Shown here: positions 1 to 9,669 of the stretch, piece after piece
Layout: each line of letters starts with the position of its first letter
Position numbering within the stretch: the stretch's first letter is position 1
IMG/VR virus record: IMGVR_UViG_3300025133_000052
Coordinates: 1 to 64,000 of that record
Direction: 5' to 3' (one strand)
Source of the DNA: a virus
Length of the DNA stretch: 64,000 nucleotides
Notes under the pieces: generated by a model
What the model was told of the DNA's origin: nothing
The model's database searches: none
The model's input: the letters and a program-made list of their open reading frames with translations, nothing else
Position numbers and translations under genes: made by a program

Positions 1-2145
1 TTGTGAATACTGTTTAATAGCTTGTACAGTAGAATCAGTAATATATGGTACCGGGCCATACCCGTTTATTAGAGTTTTAATAGCGTCTATACTACCTTTA
101 GATACTGCTTCATATCGTGTTCTTCCTGTTTGCTTGTCCTGTTCGTATATAACTTTAGCATTACCAACAGCAGTTCCTAATGATTTTACATCCTGAGAGA
201 TATATGTTTTTGCATCTATATACCAATATACACTGGTACTTTTATAATATAATTTTCTAACTCCACTTACCTCTCCATCATTAGCTTGCTGAGCTTGTTG
301 AGAAGTATCATAAAATACTATTTGATTAATGCTGGGTGGTGATGCACTTTTAAATACAGTCCATCCTATCTTCCATCCTTCAATAGATGCAGCTTGTTCA
401 TCCGTAATAGTATTTGTACTGGTGTTACTAGGTACCTGTACAGGAGCTCCTCCTGTATAAAAATTTTGTATTTCCTGGCTAACACCTGTCATGGATTTTG
501 CACCTCCAACAAATAGTGCTGTTGCCATTTTATCAGGTAATGTAGATTCCATTGATATATTACGTAATACAGAATTTACATTAAATGCTTGAAACACATA
601 CGGTGAAATAGATTTTGGATTACCATCTTTATCTTCTGCTTGTACATAATTTCCATCTCGTACTTCTATATAATTTTTTTGTTTACCGTCTGCATCTTTA
701 TCATCAGGTATCATTAACATAGGCTGTATTGCACCTCCTGTATTAAATGATATTTCTTTGAATAGTTCGTTTAAAAATACGTGTGCTTGGAATGGATTTT
801 CTTTTTTGTGATTATCTAAAATTTCATATACTGTCTCTACGTTAATAAAAACGCGACTTAATGAGCATATTAATGTATTCCCAAAGTTCCCCCAGTTAAA
901 GTTTGCAAAAGGTTGATCACTATTCAAGTTTATTTCTTCACCATAATTTCCACCTGATCCTAGCAACATTACTTTTGAGGGATCAGGTGCTACAAAATTA
1001 GGTGTCATTTGAGTTTTACTACATAAATCATCACATTTATAATAAAATTTATTACCAGTTAAAATTTCTGTATTTGTAGATTCACGAATAATATTATTAA
1101 TTAATATATCTACTATATAATGTAAGTTAACATAATATGTCCATTCACTCTCCCATAACAGTCCGTCAATCCCTATCGAGTCTTCTCCTTCTCCTCTTTT
1201 CACCTCTAACTGATCTTGATATGTATCTTCAGATTTATCTTTATCTGATTGAGCAATAAATTGAACAGCCGCAAGTAAATTTTTTGTATCATCAGTAGGG
1301 GTTACTAAATTACCTTTCAAAGATGTAGAGTCTTGATCATTATCGTCAATAGTTTTTGTCATGCCCTCTGATCCTGCTAATATTACAGTGGTTGTATCAT
1401 TTGGTGAGGTGGGTTCCCAGAAATTATCTTTACTACCCTCCTCTTGTGCTCCCCAGCGAGTACGACCACTATTAACATCGTCTTTATCTCTACCTTCTTT
1501 AAATTCTTGTATATCTTTTCTTAGTCTACCTATTGCACCAGTCTCAAGTAAAGGAGGATTACCGTCTGCACCGGGAGTAAACGTAGTTGTAGACTTAGAG
1601 TTTACATCTGTACTGGCTGGAAAATATCCTTCCCCAACTATTTCGAAATTACAGTTGTACCCACCATCTTCTTCCCTTAAGCTAAAACTAAAATTATATA
1701 CTCTACCGATTAATTTTCCGTTTTTAGCATCTACTCCAGTGTATCCCGTCCATCCATATTTAACTTGAATCCACGCTCCTGGTATAAAGAATATATCGTT
1801 AAGTCTATCTAAATCAGGTCGAGTAAATACAGTAAAATCAACTTGAGCTTTTCTTGTTGAACCGTATCTACCTAAATTAGATATTGAACATTTTGTTAAA
1901 ATAGGTTTTGGTAAGTACCTGTCATTGGATGCATAAGTATCAATAAAACCTCCTGTAAATATTGTTATACCTGTTGTAGGTGCACCACTACTATCTAACC
2001 CATGTACTTCAAGGTAAGGCTGTTTTTGATGAGCAAAATTTAAATCTTCAAGATTTTTATGATACTTACCATAATGACCTGCTCGATTTACAAGTTCAGT
2101 TTGTACAAAACCACTAACTTCGCTATAAAATGGATTTTTAGCCAT
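1..2145 (-). CDS. Large tail/baseplate hub-region protein, 3' end outside the window
   Basis: ATG at 2145 (MAKNPFYSEVSGFVQTEL...). The same frame is open where checked at the left edge (...GPVPYITDSTVQAIKQYSQ). It is absent from the ORF track because its stop lies outside the window. It follows the LysM/tail-X gene, the usual position of a hub gene. Confidence 0.6.
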   Translation of the reverse strand, partial: MAKNPFYSEVSGFVQTELVNRAGHYGKYHKNLEDLNFAHQKQPYLEVHGLDSSGAPTTGITIFTGGFIDTYASNDRYLPKPILTKCSISNLGRYGSTRKAQVDFTVFTRPDLDRLNDIFFIPGAWIQVKYGWTGYTGVDAKNGKLIGRVYNFSFSLREEDGGYNCNFEIVGEGYFPASTDVNSKSTTTFTPGADGNPPLLETGAIGRLRKDIQEFKEGRDKDDVNSGRTRWGAQEEGSKDNFWEPTSPNDTTTVILAGSEGMTKTIDDNDQDSTSLKGNLVTPTDDTKNLLAAVQFIAQSDKDKSEDTYQDQLEVKRGEGEDSIGIDGLLWESEWTYYVNLHYIVDILINNIIRESTNTEILTGNKFYYKCDDLCSKTQMTPNFVAPDPSKVMLLGSGGNYGEEINLNSDQPFANFNWGNFGNTLICSLSRVFINVETVYEILDNHKKENPFQAHVFLNELFKEISFNTGGAIQPMLMIPDDKDADGKQKNYIEVRDGNYVQAEDKDGNPKSISPYVFQAFNVNSVLRNISMESTLPDKMATALFVGGAKSMTGVSQEIQNFYTGGAPVQVPSNTSTNTITDEQAASIEGWKIGWTVFKSASPPSINQIVFYDTSQQAQQANDGEVSGVRKLYYKSTSVYWYIDAKTYISQDVKSLGTAVGNAKVIYEQDKQTGRTRYEAVSKGSIDAIKTLINGYGPVPYITDSTVQAIKQYSQ

Positions 2146-2148
2146 AGG

Positions 2149-2454
2149 TTACCTAGTTTTATTTAAATCATTATAATCTTGGATTATACCATCAACATTT
2201 TGAGGTATTCTTAGTTGGAGCCCAGCATCAATGCATAATGTGCCTTTACCAATTGCATTTGCTTGAGCAATAATCCACCACAACTCTACATTACCGTAAT
2301 AATCGAAAGCTAAACTATCTAACCTATCTCCTTCTCTACTAGTAATATAAATGTCTGATCCATCCTGTTGAATTTTAGGATAAAGTGTAGTAACAAACAT
2401 TCTTCGTTTAGTATCTAAGTCTCGTTTTATATTTGTATTATCGTATCTACCCAT
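2149..2454 (-). CDS. LysM/tail-X-like baseplate protein
   Basis: GDRLDSLAFDYYGNVELWWIIAQAN...LRIP is the typical phage LysM/gpX motif; TAATG overlap with the upstream gene. Confidence 0.8.
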   Translation of the reverse strand: MGRYDNTNIKRDLDTKRRMFVTTLYPKIQQDGSDIYITSREGDRLDSLAFDYYGNVELWWIIAQANAIGKGTLCIDAGLQLRIPQNVDGIIQDYNDLNKTR

Positions 2455-5400
2455 TATAATGGCCTGTAAAATCTACTACTTCTATTTCTTTCTTTATCTG
2501 CTTCAAACACAACTTCGGCTGTACCTTTTTTGTTTCTCTGTTCTTCAGCTTTTCTATTCTGTTCAGCTTGCTTAGCCTTAGCCTTTGCAGAAGCTTCTGC
2601 GGCTGCAGCATCATCTAAATCTTTTTGCGAAATATGACCTATATTATCTGCTAACCAATTACCTTCTTCAGCTTCTACACCTATATCACTACCATTAGGA
2701 GATAATGAATACATTCTACCGTGTAATTGTGGTCTGTAATCAAGGACAGGTGTAAATGATATTTGAACATCTACCATATGTGGTACCTGTTGCATGTTCT
2801 TGTCATCCTCTAGGTTAATTTCCCATGGTGAATTATCAGGAACTGTAAATGTTACAGATGTTAACAATCCTGGTGTGTTATTAAATAAGTCTCCAATAGT
2901 TAATCTTATAAATGGTGATTTCATTCTACCACCGGGAGTGTAATCAGGAGCAGTGTAAGATGCTAAATAATTTAGCTTCCTCCATATAGGCTTCATTTCA
3001 TCTCTACTAGTTGCTGCTACTCTAAATGAGAATGATACGCTCCTGTTAAATCCCTGATAAGTATGGACTGGATCACCTCTTCCTATCATTTTATTAGAAG
3101 ACCATTCCCCGTTAAATGTATCTGTAAACCCAGTTAATGTTGCTCTGAATAACATTACCTTATCTTTACCGGAATCCATACTAAGCATATTAGGACCTGT
3201 AAACCAAAACTTAATTAAATCTTTAAACCCTAATTCTTCAGCTTTAGTATTTAAATCACTTAATTTCATTTCTTGAAAATCATATGCATTTACTTTGTCA
3301 TTTAATCCAGTTGATTTTGTAAAGTTAGATCTATCGACTCCTGTTTTACCGGAATTGGGTACACCGAATTTTTTAACTAAATTATTTGTAGAATAAGGGG
3401 TATCTGACCCACCTTTTTTATCTGTTAAATTTCCTATAAATGTTGTACCATCTTTATCTTCAATTATGTCTTCTCTAAAATCATTATAATCCTTTACTCT
3501 GTTATTAAAATTATCAGATCCATTTTTTAATTTACCATATGATAGTACAGCATAATCTTTTAGTTTATTGTTATTAGATGCTGGTAGTGAATGTCCTATG
3601 GGCGCTGACTGTATTGGTGGTAATGTCGGTGTTGGCGCTGGAATACCGGAACCAGGGGTTATATTTGCACTTAAATCCCCTCTTACAGGATCTTTTTGGC
3701 TGTTAACAGCCCTCAGGTATGATGTTTTACCTAAACCGTAAACTGAACCAGGACCTGCTATTCCTGGAGCTCCTTTTATAACATTTGTATTTGAAAGTGT
3801 TTGTATTTCTTGACCTTCAATACCTAGTGCAGACCTAAAACTACTTATAGCATTATTAACAGGACTATTATTAGGATCTATAAGTTCATCCCTTAATTTT
3901 ATTATTCTATTATCTGTTTTATTGTTACGTTGTTTAACTACTTTTTCATAATCGAAGATTCCCTCTCCTACTGGTAATATACCGTGACGTTTAAAGTGTA
4001 ACCCAAATGCATTACCTGCAACATTGGCTAACATATTAAGTGGTGTCCACATCCGAGTCATTCTTGTTTGAACCGGGTACCCACCAACTAATGGTTGCTC
4101 AACTCCAGGATTTGACATTTGTAACCCAAATTGTTTAGCTGCAAATGTCAGACCTTGTGGTGATATTTGGAATTTTGCAATTCTCCCTAAATCATGTACA
4201 GCCCTATCTAATGCTGTTGAAATACCACCTCTTATAAAACCGCCATCCAATGCTTCAAGATATGAAACAGCCCCTGCTGTACCATTAGGTAATTCCCCTG
4301 CATCAGCTGAAGCGTAAAAATTACCTAATCCCCATCTTTGATTTTTACTCTTACCAGCTCTCTGTATGCCCCTAATAATATAGGGCTGTTTTATTGGTGT
4401 CGAGTTATACGATTCATCTCTTAACGAAAATTGGTTATATAAACCATCTAATGGTGTTGAGCCTATTGTGTATCTATTTCCTAATCGTTCAATACTTTGA
4501 ACTCCAGCTGGAAAATATGGAGAAGTTTCATTGTAATTTCCTTCACCTCCTTTAGTAAGAAAAGGTCCTATGCTTGGCTGTGATGTATTAGCTCCACTCA
4601 AACTTGTGAACGGTGACCCATTTCCTAATTGATTGTCTAGACTGCCTATACCAGCATATCCAGAAAATTTAGTATTGGTTCTAGGCACGTTCATTAAACG
4701 TTTACTCTTACCACCCTCTATAATATTAGGATAATCAAATTTACCATTTTCAATTCCTTTAAATTGAGATTTTTCATCTGTAGTTAACAGTCCCATATTG
4801 GGTGTAAACCCACTTGCTACAGAACTGAATATTTCGTAATTCTTTAATTGGGTGTTTAAGCGCGGACTATTAAATTGTAGATTCCCAATTTGGCCAGTTA
4901 TGGTTTTATATTGACCTAATTCTATTGAACTTACATTAGAGGTAAATCCAGTAGCATGTGCATTATCAAAATAATCAACTAAACCTAATTGTGTATTTAA
5001 TATAGGAGAATTAAATTTAAGATTCCCTGGCGTACCTGTTATAATGTTATACTGTGTAGAGCTTATATTAGATGTGAACCCACCAGCATTAAAGTTGTCA
5101 AAATAATCAACTAAACCTAATGTGGGTGTTGTTTTAACAGGCGCAGTTGCTAATGGGTTAACGCTAACACCTTGTTTTATTGGTATTACAGGATTAAGGC
5201 CTGGTATTACAGTAGTTTTATTTGGTGTTGGTGGTAATATATCGACTGATCTGCCTGGTTTATTTGGTGTCGGGGATAGTAAATTAACAACCTTACCTGG
5301 TTTACTTGGTGTTGGTGTTACAGGATTAGTTATATTAATCGTTTTTTCAGGTGTAGGTGCTAATGAATCAACTGTTTTACCTACTCTTTCAAATATTTTT

Positions 5401-5705
5401 GTAGTGGGTTGTAACTGTATGTTAGATGTTGTATGTCTACCTAACTGTGTACTTGTATTGGTTACTTCTTTTCCGGGCTTTTCTGGTGTTGCTGATAAAT
5501 TATCAACATCCTTTCCTTGTTTTTTAGGTGTTGTAGGATTAACTGATAATCCCGGTGTTGCCTTCAGTAAACTATCTAAAGGTTGTTTGCTACCGAAATT
5601 ACGATCTATACTGATAGTCTCAGTACCTGATTGTTTAGTTACGTCTGTTTTAGGATAAAAATTCCTGTACTTACTTAAGTCTGATTTTTGATCTAATATA
5701 CCCAT
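2454..5705 (-). CDS. Tail tube initiator/baseplate protein with a long repetitive N-terminus
   Basis: The C-terminal FRATLTGFTDTFNGEW...GRGDPVHTYQGFNRSVSFSF...IRLTIGD resembles tube-initiator (gp48/gp54-like) domains; lies between the tape measure and LysM genes. Confidence 0.6.
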   Translation of the reverse strand: MGILDQKSDLSKYRNFYPKTDVTKQSGTETISIDRNFGSKQPLDSLLKATPGLSVNPTTPKKQGKDVDNLSATPEKPGKEVTNTSTQLGRHTTSNIQLQPTTKIFERVGKTVDSLAPTPEKTINITNPVTPTPSKPGKVVNLLSPTPNKPGRSVDILPPTPNKTTVIPGLNPVIPIKQGVSVNPLATAPVKTTPTLGLVDYFDNFNAGGFTSNISSTQYNIITGTPGNLKFNSPILNTQLGLVDYFDNAHATGFTSNVSSIELGQYKTITGQIGNLQFNSPRLNTQLKNYEIFSSVASGFTPNMGLLTTDEKSQFKGIENGKFDYPNIIEGGKSKRLMNVPRTNTKFSGYAGIGSLDNQLGNGSPFTSLSGANTSQPSIGPFLTKGGEGNYNETSPYFPAGVQSIERLGNRYTIGSTPLDGLYNQFSLRDESYNSTPIKQPYIIRGIQRAGKSKNQRWGLGNFYASADAGELPNGTAGAVSYLEALDGGFIRGGISTALDRAVHDLGRIAKFQISPQGLTFAAKQFGLQMSNPGVEQPLVGGYPVQTRMTRMWTPLNMLANVAGNAFGLHFKRHGILPVGEGIFDYEKVVKQRNNKTDNRIIKLRDELIDPNNSPVNNAISSFRSALGIEGQEIQTLSNTNVIKGAPGIAGPGSVYGLGKTSYLRAVNSQKDPVRGDLSANITPGSGIPAPTPTLPPIQSAPIGHSLPASNNNKLKDYAVLSYGKLKNGSDNFNNRVKDYNDFREDIIEDKDGTTFIGNLTDKKGGSDTPYSTNNLVKKFGVPNSGKTGVDRSNFTKSTGLNDKVNAYDFQEMKLSDLNTKAEELGFKDLIKFWFTGPNMLSMDSGKDKVMLFRATLTGFTDTFNGEWSSNKMIGRGDPVHTYQGFNRSVSFSFRVAATSRDEMKPIWRKLNYLASYTAPDYTPGGRMKSPFIRLTIGDLFNNTPGLLTSVTFTVPDNSPWEINLEDDKNMQQVPHMVDVQISFTPVLDYRPQLHGRMYSLSPNGSDIGVEAEEGNWLADNIGHISQKDLDDAAAAEASAKAKAKQAEQNRKAEEQRNKKGTAEVVFEADKERNRSSRFYRPL
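4846..5560 (-). repeat. Intragenic repeats: about 15-aa Pro/Thr units (L.PTP.K.G..V) and about 44-47-aa LGLVDYFDN..GFT.N units
   Basis: The exact DNA repeat tcaaaataatcaactaaacctaat occurs at 4966-4989 and 5098-5121; the PTP-K units are visible in the translation. Confidence 0.8.
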
Positions 5706-7675
5706 TATCTCCCTGTACCTACTTTGCTACCGTCATTATACTTATTCTGATGTTTTGTAGTGTTAGTAGCTATTTGTTTCCCGTCCATATGAAGAGTATT
5801 ATGATTTACCACCTCAATTCTTTGTTGGGAATTAGCTGCTTCAATACCTGCTATTCTATTAGTTGCTGCTGCTCCAGTACTTACACTCGGTACACTCCCT
5901 ACACCCATACCAGTCATATAACCACCTATTACCGCTGCTCCTGCTGCCATAGCTATTGTTGCTGCACCTAAAGTAAGACCTGATGCAGCTATTGCAGCTA
6001 CTGCTAGTGCTCCTGCAACTACTGTTAATGCACCTGCAGCAGCGCCAATCAGGGCTGGGTATTCTTTAAAGAATGATCCTATTCCACCTGCAATACTAGA
6101 TAAGCCCTGCATTATAGGCAACATTCCTTCTGCTAAAGGTATTAATGCTTCTTGCAAGCTTAATTTTAAACTCTCCATAGTAGCATTCATTTCTTGCTGT
6201 CTCATTGCAGATTGTGCCTCTTGTATTACTCGGTCAGCTGTAAGTTTGTTTTGATTATCCAGGGATGCTTCAGCTGCTTGTAATTGAGCTTTTTGAGTAG
6301 CAGTCATATTATTAATAATACGCTGGCGCTCAGTAACTTTTTGAAGCTGGTCTGCCTCTAGCCCTGTAAGTTCAACAAGTGATTGTTTTTCCAACATATT
6401 CAACTTATTGAAATCTCTACCTTTAGCGATCTGCTGTACCACATCTTCAGTAGCAGCTTTCATATTACCTTCAAGTGCTAGTAAACGAGCTCTGTCAAAA
6501 TTAAAGTTTTGACCTAACATTACTGATGCTTGCATTTCACTAGCTAATGAGCCTTGGATATCCAATATCTTGTCTGATATCTTACCTACGTCACTTAAAG
6601 ACAGTCCTAATTGTTTAGCATATACAGCTGATTTAATTAATTCTTCTTTTGAACCTTTAAAGTATGTTGCTGCTACCCCTGCATTTTGAGCTATATCTTT
6701 TGTTATCGCTGGGAGCGGTACCCCAGCTGCATCTGCTAAATTTTTAGCTAATGCTATTGTTTGGAATGCTTCACTCGATGAAGCCCCCATTTCCATAAAT
6801 GATCTTTGAACTGCTGCTGCATCACTAACTGATACACCCAATAATCTATTTAGCATTAATGTATTGGTTACTAACTCCCCAGAGGCTTTAGGTATTTTAT
6901 CAAATTGTTCCGCTATTACAGATGCAGCTGTGGTTACATCTTGTAATGTAACACCGAATTGTGTCATATTGTGTACAGTATCACGTGTATCTCTAGATAA
7001 ACGAAGTGCTTGATCTGCTGATAGTCCTATATTGTCTTGAAATGCACGTTGTTCTGAAGTTAATTGTTGTAGTGCATCAAATGCTGCATTAAATAACATG
7101 GTTACGGCACCTATAGCAGCTCCAGCAGCTACCCACTTCTTCATAATACCCTCTGTCTTTTTCTCCATCTCTTCAGCTGATAATGATGCATCATGAATAT
7201 GATCGGTTATAGAACTAATAAGAGCTTCTGATAACTTACCTCCAAACATCTTATCGAGAATTGCTCCACCGGGTATCGCTCCTATTATATCATCTGTTAT
7301 CGTCTTAGCGTATTCTTTAGATACATCTAAAGTAGCTTTTTGTGCGTCGTGTACTGCTTCAGTTGCTGTTACTGAATCTTGTATAAGCTGAACAATATCA
7401 GCCATTTTGTCTTTTTGAGATTGAAGTCGACCATCGGTAATCTCTTCAAGTTTAGATTTTACAAGTGTTAACTTATTCTGAACTTCTTGTACGCGGGTTA
7501 TATCAACCATCGTACCTTCGCTGTCATTTAATAGCTGTAAATATTCTTTAGTTACATCGACTATCTCTTTCTGTTGTTTATTAATCTCTTTGTTCTGTGA
7601 AGCAATATTTTTTGTAGCTTCAAGAGCTTTTTTAGTTAAGTCAACCTGATCTCGTATTTCGTCATTATCAGCCAT
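5705..7675 (-). CDS. Tape measure protein
   Basis: Ala/Leu/Gln-rich helical protein with a Gly/Ala-rich hydrophobic C-terminal segment and a 'LHMDGKQI' end motif; downstream of the tube and chaperone genes. Confidence 0.8.
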   Translation of the reverse strand: MADNDEIRDQVDLTKKALEATKNIASQNKEINKQQKEIVDVTKEYLQLLNDSEGTMVDITRVQEVQNKLTLVKSKLEEITDGRLQSQKDKMADIVQLIQDSVTATEAVHDAQKATLDVSKEYAKTITDDIIGAIPGGAILDKMFGGKLSEALISSITDHIHDASLSAEEMEKKTEGIMKKWVAAGAAIGAVTMLFNAAFDALQQLTSEQRAFQDNIGLSADQALRLSRDTRDTVHNMTQFGVTLQDVTTAASVIAEQFDKIPKASGELVTNTLMLNRLLGVSVSDAAAVQRSFMEMGASSSEAFQTIALAKNLADAAGVPLPAITKDIAQNAGVAATYFKGSKEELIKSAVYAKQLGLSLSDVGKISDKILDIQGSLASEMQASVMLGQNFNFDRARLLALEGNMKAATEDVVQQIAKGRDFNKLNMLEKQSLVELTGLEADQLQKVTERQRIINNMTATQKAQLQAAEASLDNQNKLTADRVIQEAQSAMRQQEMNATMESLKLSLQEALIPLAEGMLPIMQGLSSIAGGIGSFFKEYPALIGAAAGALTVVAGALAVAAIAASGLTLGAATIAMAAGAAVIGGYMTGMGVGSVPSVSTGAAATNRIAGIEAANSQQRIEVVNHNTLHMDGKQIATNTTKHQNKYNDGSKVGTGR

Positions 7676-7690
7676 CAGTATTGGTTATCC

Positions 7691-7906
7691 CTAGCAACCG
7701 TGCTTTTTGCAAAAATCTTCTAATGATTTTTTAGCTATATCGTTAGCGTCTTTAGCTTTTTTCATCGCATCAACTACTCTAGGATCGTTGTTTACAGCTT
7801 TAGCGGCTTTTTTGATATCTCCTTTGAATACCATACCGATAAGTTTATCAAATAAAGATTCACGGAGTACCTGTTTTTGTTGTTCTGTTAGAGTTTTTTT
7901 GTTCAT
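7691..7906 (-). CDS. Hypothetical protein (71 aa)
   Basis: Clean ORF with AGGA upstream and its own ATATTTAT motif (7933-7940). Confidence 0.7.
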   Translation of the reverse strand: MNKKTLTEQQKQVLRESLFDKLIGMVFKGDIKKAAKAVNNDPRVVDAMKKAKDANDIAKKSLEDFCKKHGC

Positions 7907-7955
7907 AACTTTATTCCTATAGTTTTACAATAATAAATATAAGAAAACGTAATTC

Positions 7956-8180
7956 TTACTTCTTAGGAAACCCACTAAAATTAGGCTTTGTTGTTTTAGT
8001 TTGAGCCTTCTTCATTTCTTGATTTTCCTTCTTTAAGGCGTCGTTAATTTTCCCAATATAGTACTTTCGTAACCATACAGGCATGTTGTAAGCTTCAGAG
8101 TGTGTAAAGCCACCTCGACCGTAGTAGATTAGATCAAATAATTGATCGTGCAGAATGGGCCTATAGTTAGGCCCTAGGCC
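7956..8180 (-). CDS. Frameshift-extension (GT-like) part of the tail assembly chaperone, 74 aa, no start codon at its 5' end
   Basis: Open frame GLGPNYRPILHDQLFDLIYYGRGGFTHSEAYNMPVWLRKYY...PKK* begins right after the U7 run at 8181-8187, in the +1/-2 frame of the upstream gene. Confidence 0.75.
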   Translation of the reverse strand, partial: GLGPNYRPILHDQLFDLIYYGRGGFTHSEAYNMPVWLRKYYIGKINDALKKENQEMKKAQTKTTKPNFSGFPKK

Positions 8181-8997
8181 AAAAAAAGTCGATTGTCATC
8201 GGTACTGGCATTGAATCGTTTTCGTGAGAACATGAATCACATTCAAAGTAAAACGACATATCGATATCTGGTGTAACGTCGAGTGCGTAAGTTCTTAGGG
8301 CTCTGGAGTCAATTGCAAATAATTCATTTTCAACAAAATCTCTAACAACTTTTCTGTCCCTGTTACCATCTATGGATGTGATAGTGTAAGCCAATCGAGT
8401 AGATAATGTAGGATCTATACCTGATCGTTTAGTTGTCTTTTTTAAAGATTTAATTTCTTGCTCAATTGCTCGGTCATCACCGTGAGTTAACACTTTAAAT
8501 GTTACATCTCTTTTTGAAGATGGTAATGAAAAATGAAATTCAGTTGTGCCTTTTGTAATTTTATTTAAATCAATTTCTTTATTTTCAATAGTAGTTAAAT
8601 CGATATTAATTTCATTCTTTGCATCACAATTAGGACATTTTAATTCAGCATTGTAATCCTTACCGTATCCTAGTACTCTTGCTGCGACCATGATAGCATT
8701 TTTATCACCTATTAAGATATCATTGTAATTAACTGGTGTAACAATCAATGATTTCAACAATTTATCTAATACAACTCCTTGTTTAATTAAATTAGCGGAA
8801 GTTAAAATATCTTCTTCCTTAGCTGTCATGTACTTCATTTCAATAACACCAGTAGCTAAAACGTGTCCCTCAGGGTACAGTAATCCTCGTGAAGGTAATT
8901 CTATAACTTCAGTTGGAAAATTTGTTTTTTTAACCTCGTCTTGTCTAAATTCTTGTCTTAGTTGTTCTGCTATTTGCTTGTCAGATGTATTATCCAT
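8167..8997 (-). CDS. Tail/baseplate hub assembly chaperone (T4 gp26/gp51-like) with Cys pairs
   Basis: LPSRG..Y, MTAKEEDIL, CPNC...CDSC and a terminal FFWP; directly after the tail tube gene. Confidence 0.75.
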   Translation of the reverse strand: MDNTSDKQIAEQLRQEFRQDEVKKTNFPTEVIELPSRGLLYPEGHVLATGVIEMKYMTAKEEDILTSANLIKQGVVLDKLLKSLIVTPVNYNDILIGDKNAIMVAARVLGYGKDYNAELKCPNCDAKNEINIDLTTIENKEIDLNKITKGTTEFHFSLPSSKRDVTFKVLTHGDDRAIEQEIKSLKKTTKRSGIDPTLSTRLAYTITSIDGNRDRKVVRDFVENELFAIDSRALRTYALDVTPDIDMSFYFECDSCSHENDSMPVPMTIDFFWPRA

Positions 8998-9073
8998 GTT
9001 AAATGTTTAAGTGTGCTTATATATAATAAATATGCTAAGTGTATTAAATATAATAAAAATATTGCATAAAAAC

Positions 9074-9100
9074 AAAAAAAGCCCTCATAAAATGAAGGCC
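9074..9100 (-). terminator. Intrinsic terminator after the tail tube gene
   Basis: Minus strand GCCTTCAT-TTT-ATGAGGGC followed by T7. Confidence 0.8.
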
Positions 9101-9128
9101 TTTAGTATGTTCTACGGAACTATATATT

Positions 9129-9617
9129 TTAGTACTGTAATATCGCGTAATCGTACTGTAACGTTACTGATATTTGAGCAGGATCGTTAGATGCCCAATC
9201 TAAATCACCAAAAGCAGCTGATTGTACGTAAGCTCCTTTTAATGTCCATTCTTCTACTTTATCTCCAACAGGTCCTAACATATTGAAAGTAACATCTTTC
9301 TTATAGAAATCAGAGTAACCGTCTCTACCTGTTACGCTTTCATGTGAAAGTCTAACCCATTCCATTACTGCTTGTGCTGCAGATGGTACTACAGGATCAA
9401 AAAGTGTAATTTCTAATGTTTGCCAATCCCCTTTTCCTTTAAGGTGTCTTCTTACGTTAATGTGATCTAAAGGTACATCTTCGAATTGAATTGTCGGTCT
9501 GTTTGCGGCCTTGATAAGATAAGCAGGAACACCATCTACGTACATGATGAATCTGTTTTTCATTTTCGGCTCAAACGCCGTAAACATTATTTCATTTGGA
9601 TCTAATAAGTCTGCCAT
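9129..9617 (-). CDS. Tail tube protein (T4 gp19-like)
   Basis: FEPKMKNRF...W..LEITLFDP...YKKD...GPVGDKVEEWTLKGA...LQYDYA; follows the sheath gene. Confidence 0.9.
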   Translation of the reverse strand: MADLLDPNEIMFTAFEPKMKNRFIMYVDGVPAYLIKAANRPTIQFEDVPLDHINVRRHLKGKGDWQTLEITLFDPVVPSAAQAVMEWVRLSHESVTGRDGYSDFYKKDVTFNMLGPVGDKVEEWTLKGAYVQSAAFGDLDWASNDPAQISVTLQYDYAILQY

Positions 9618-9669
9618 TGTATATCTTCCTCTTTATATATATAATTATATATTTTTTAAATTTTTGTTA

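Noticed and set aside
8172-8187. Canonical -1 frameshift at the chaperone U-run
   Set aside because: The -1 frame reaches UAG after two codons; only the +1/-2 frame is open.
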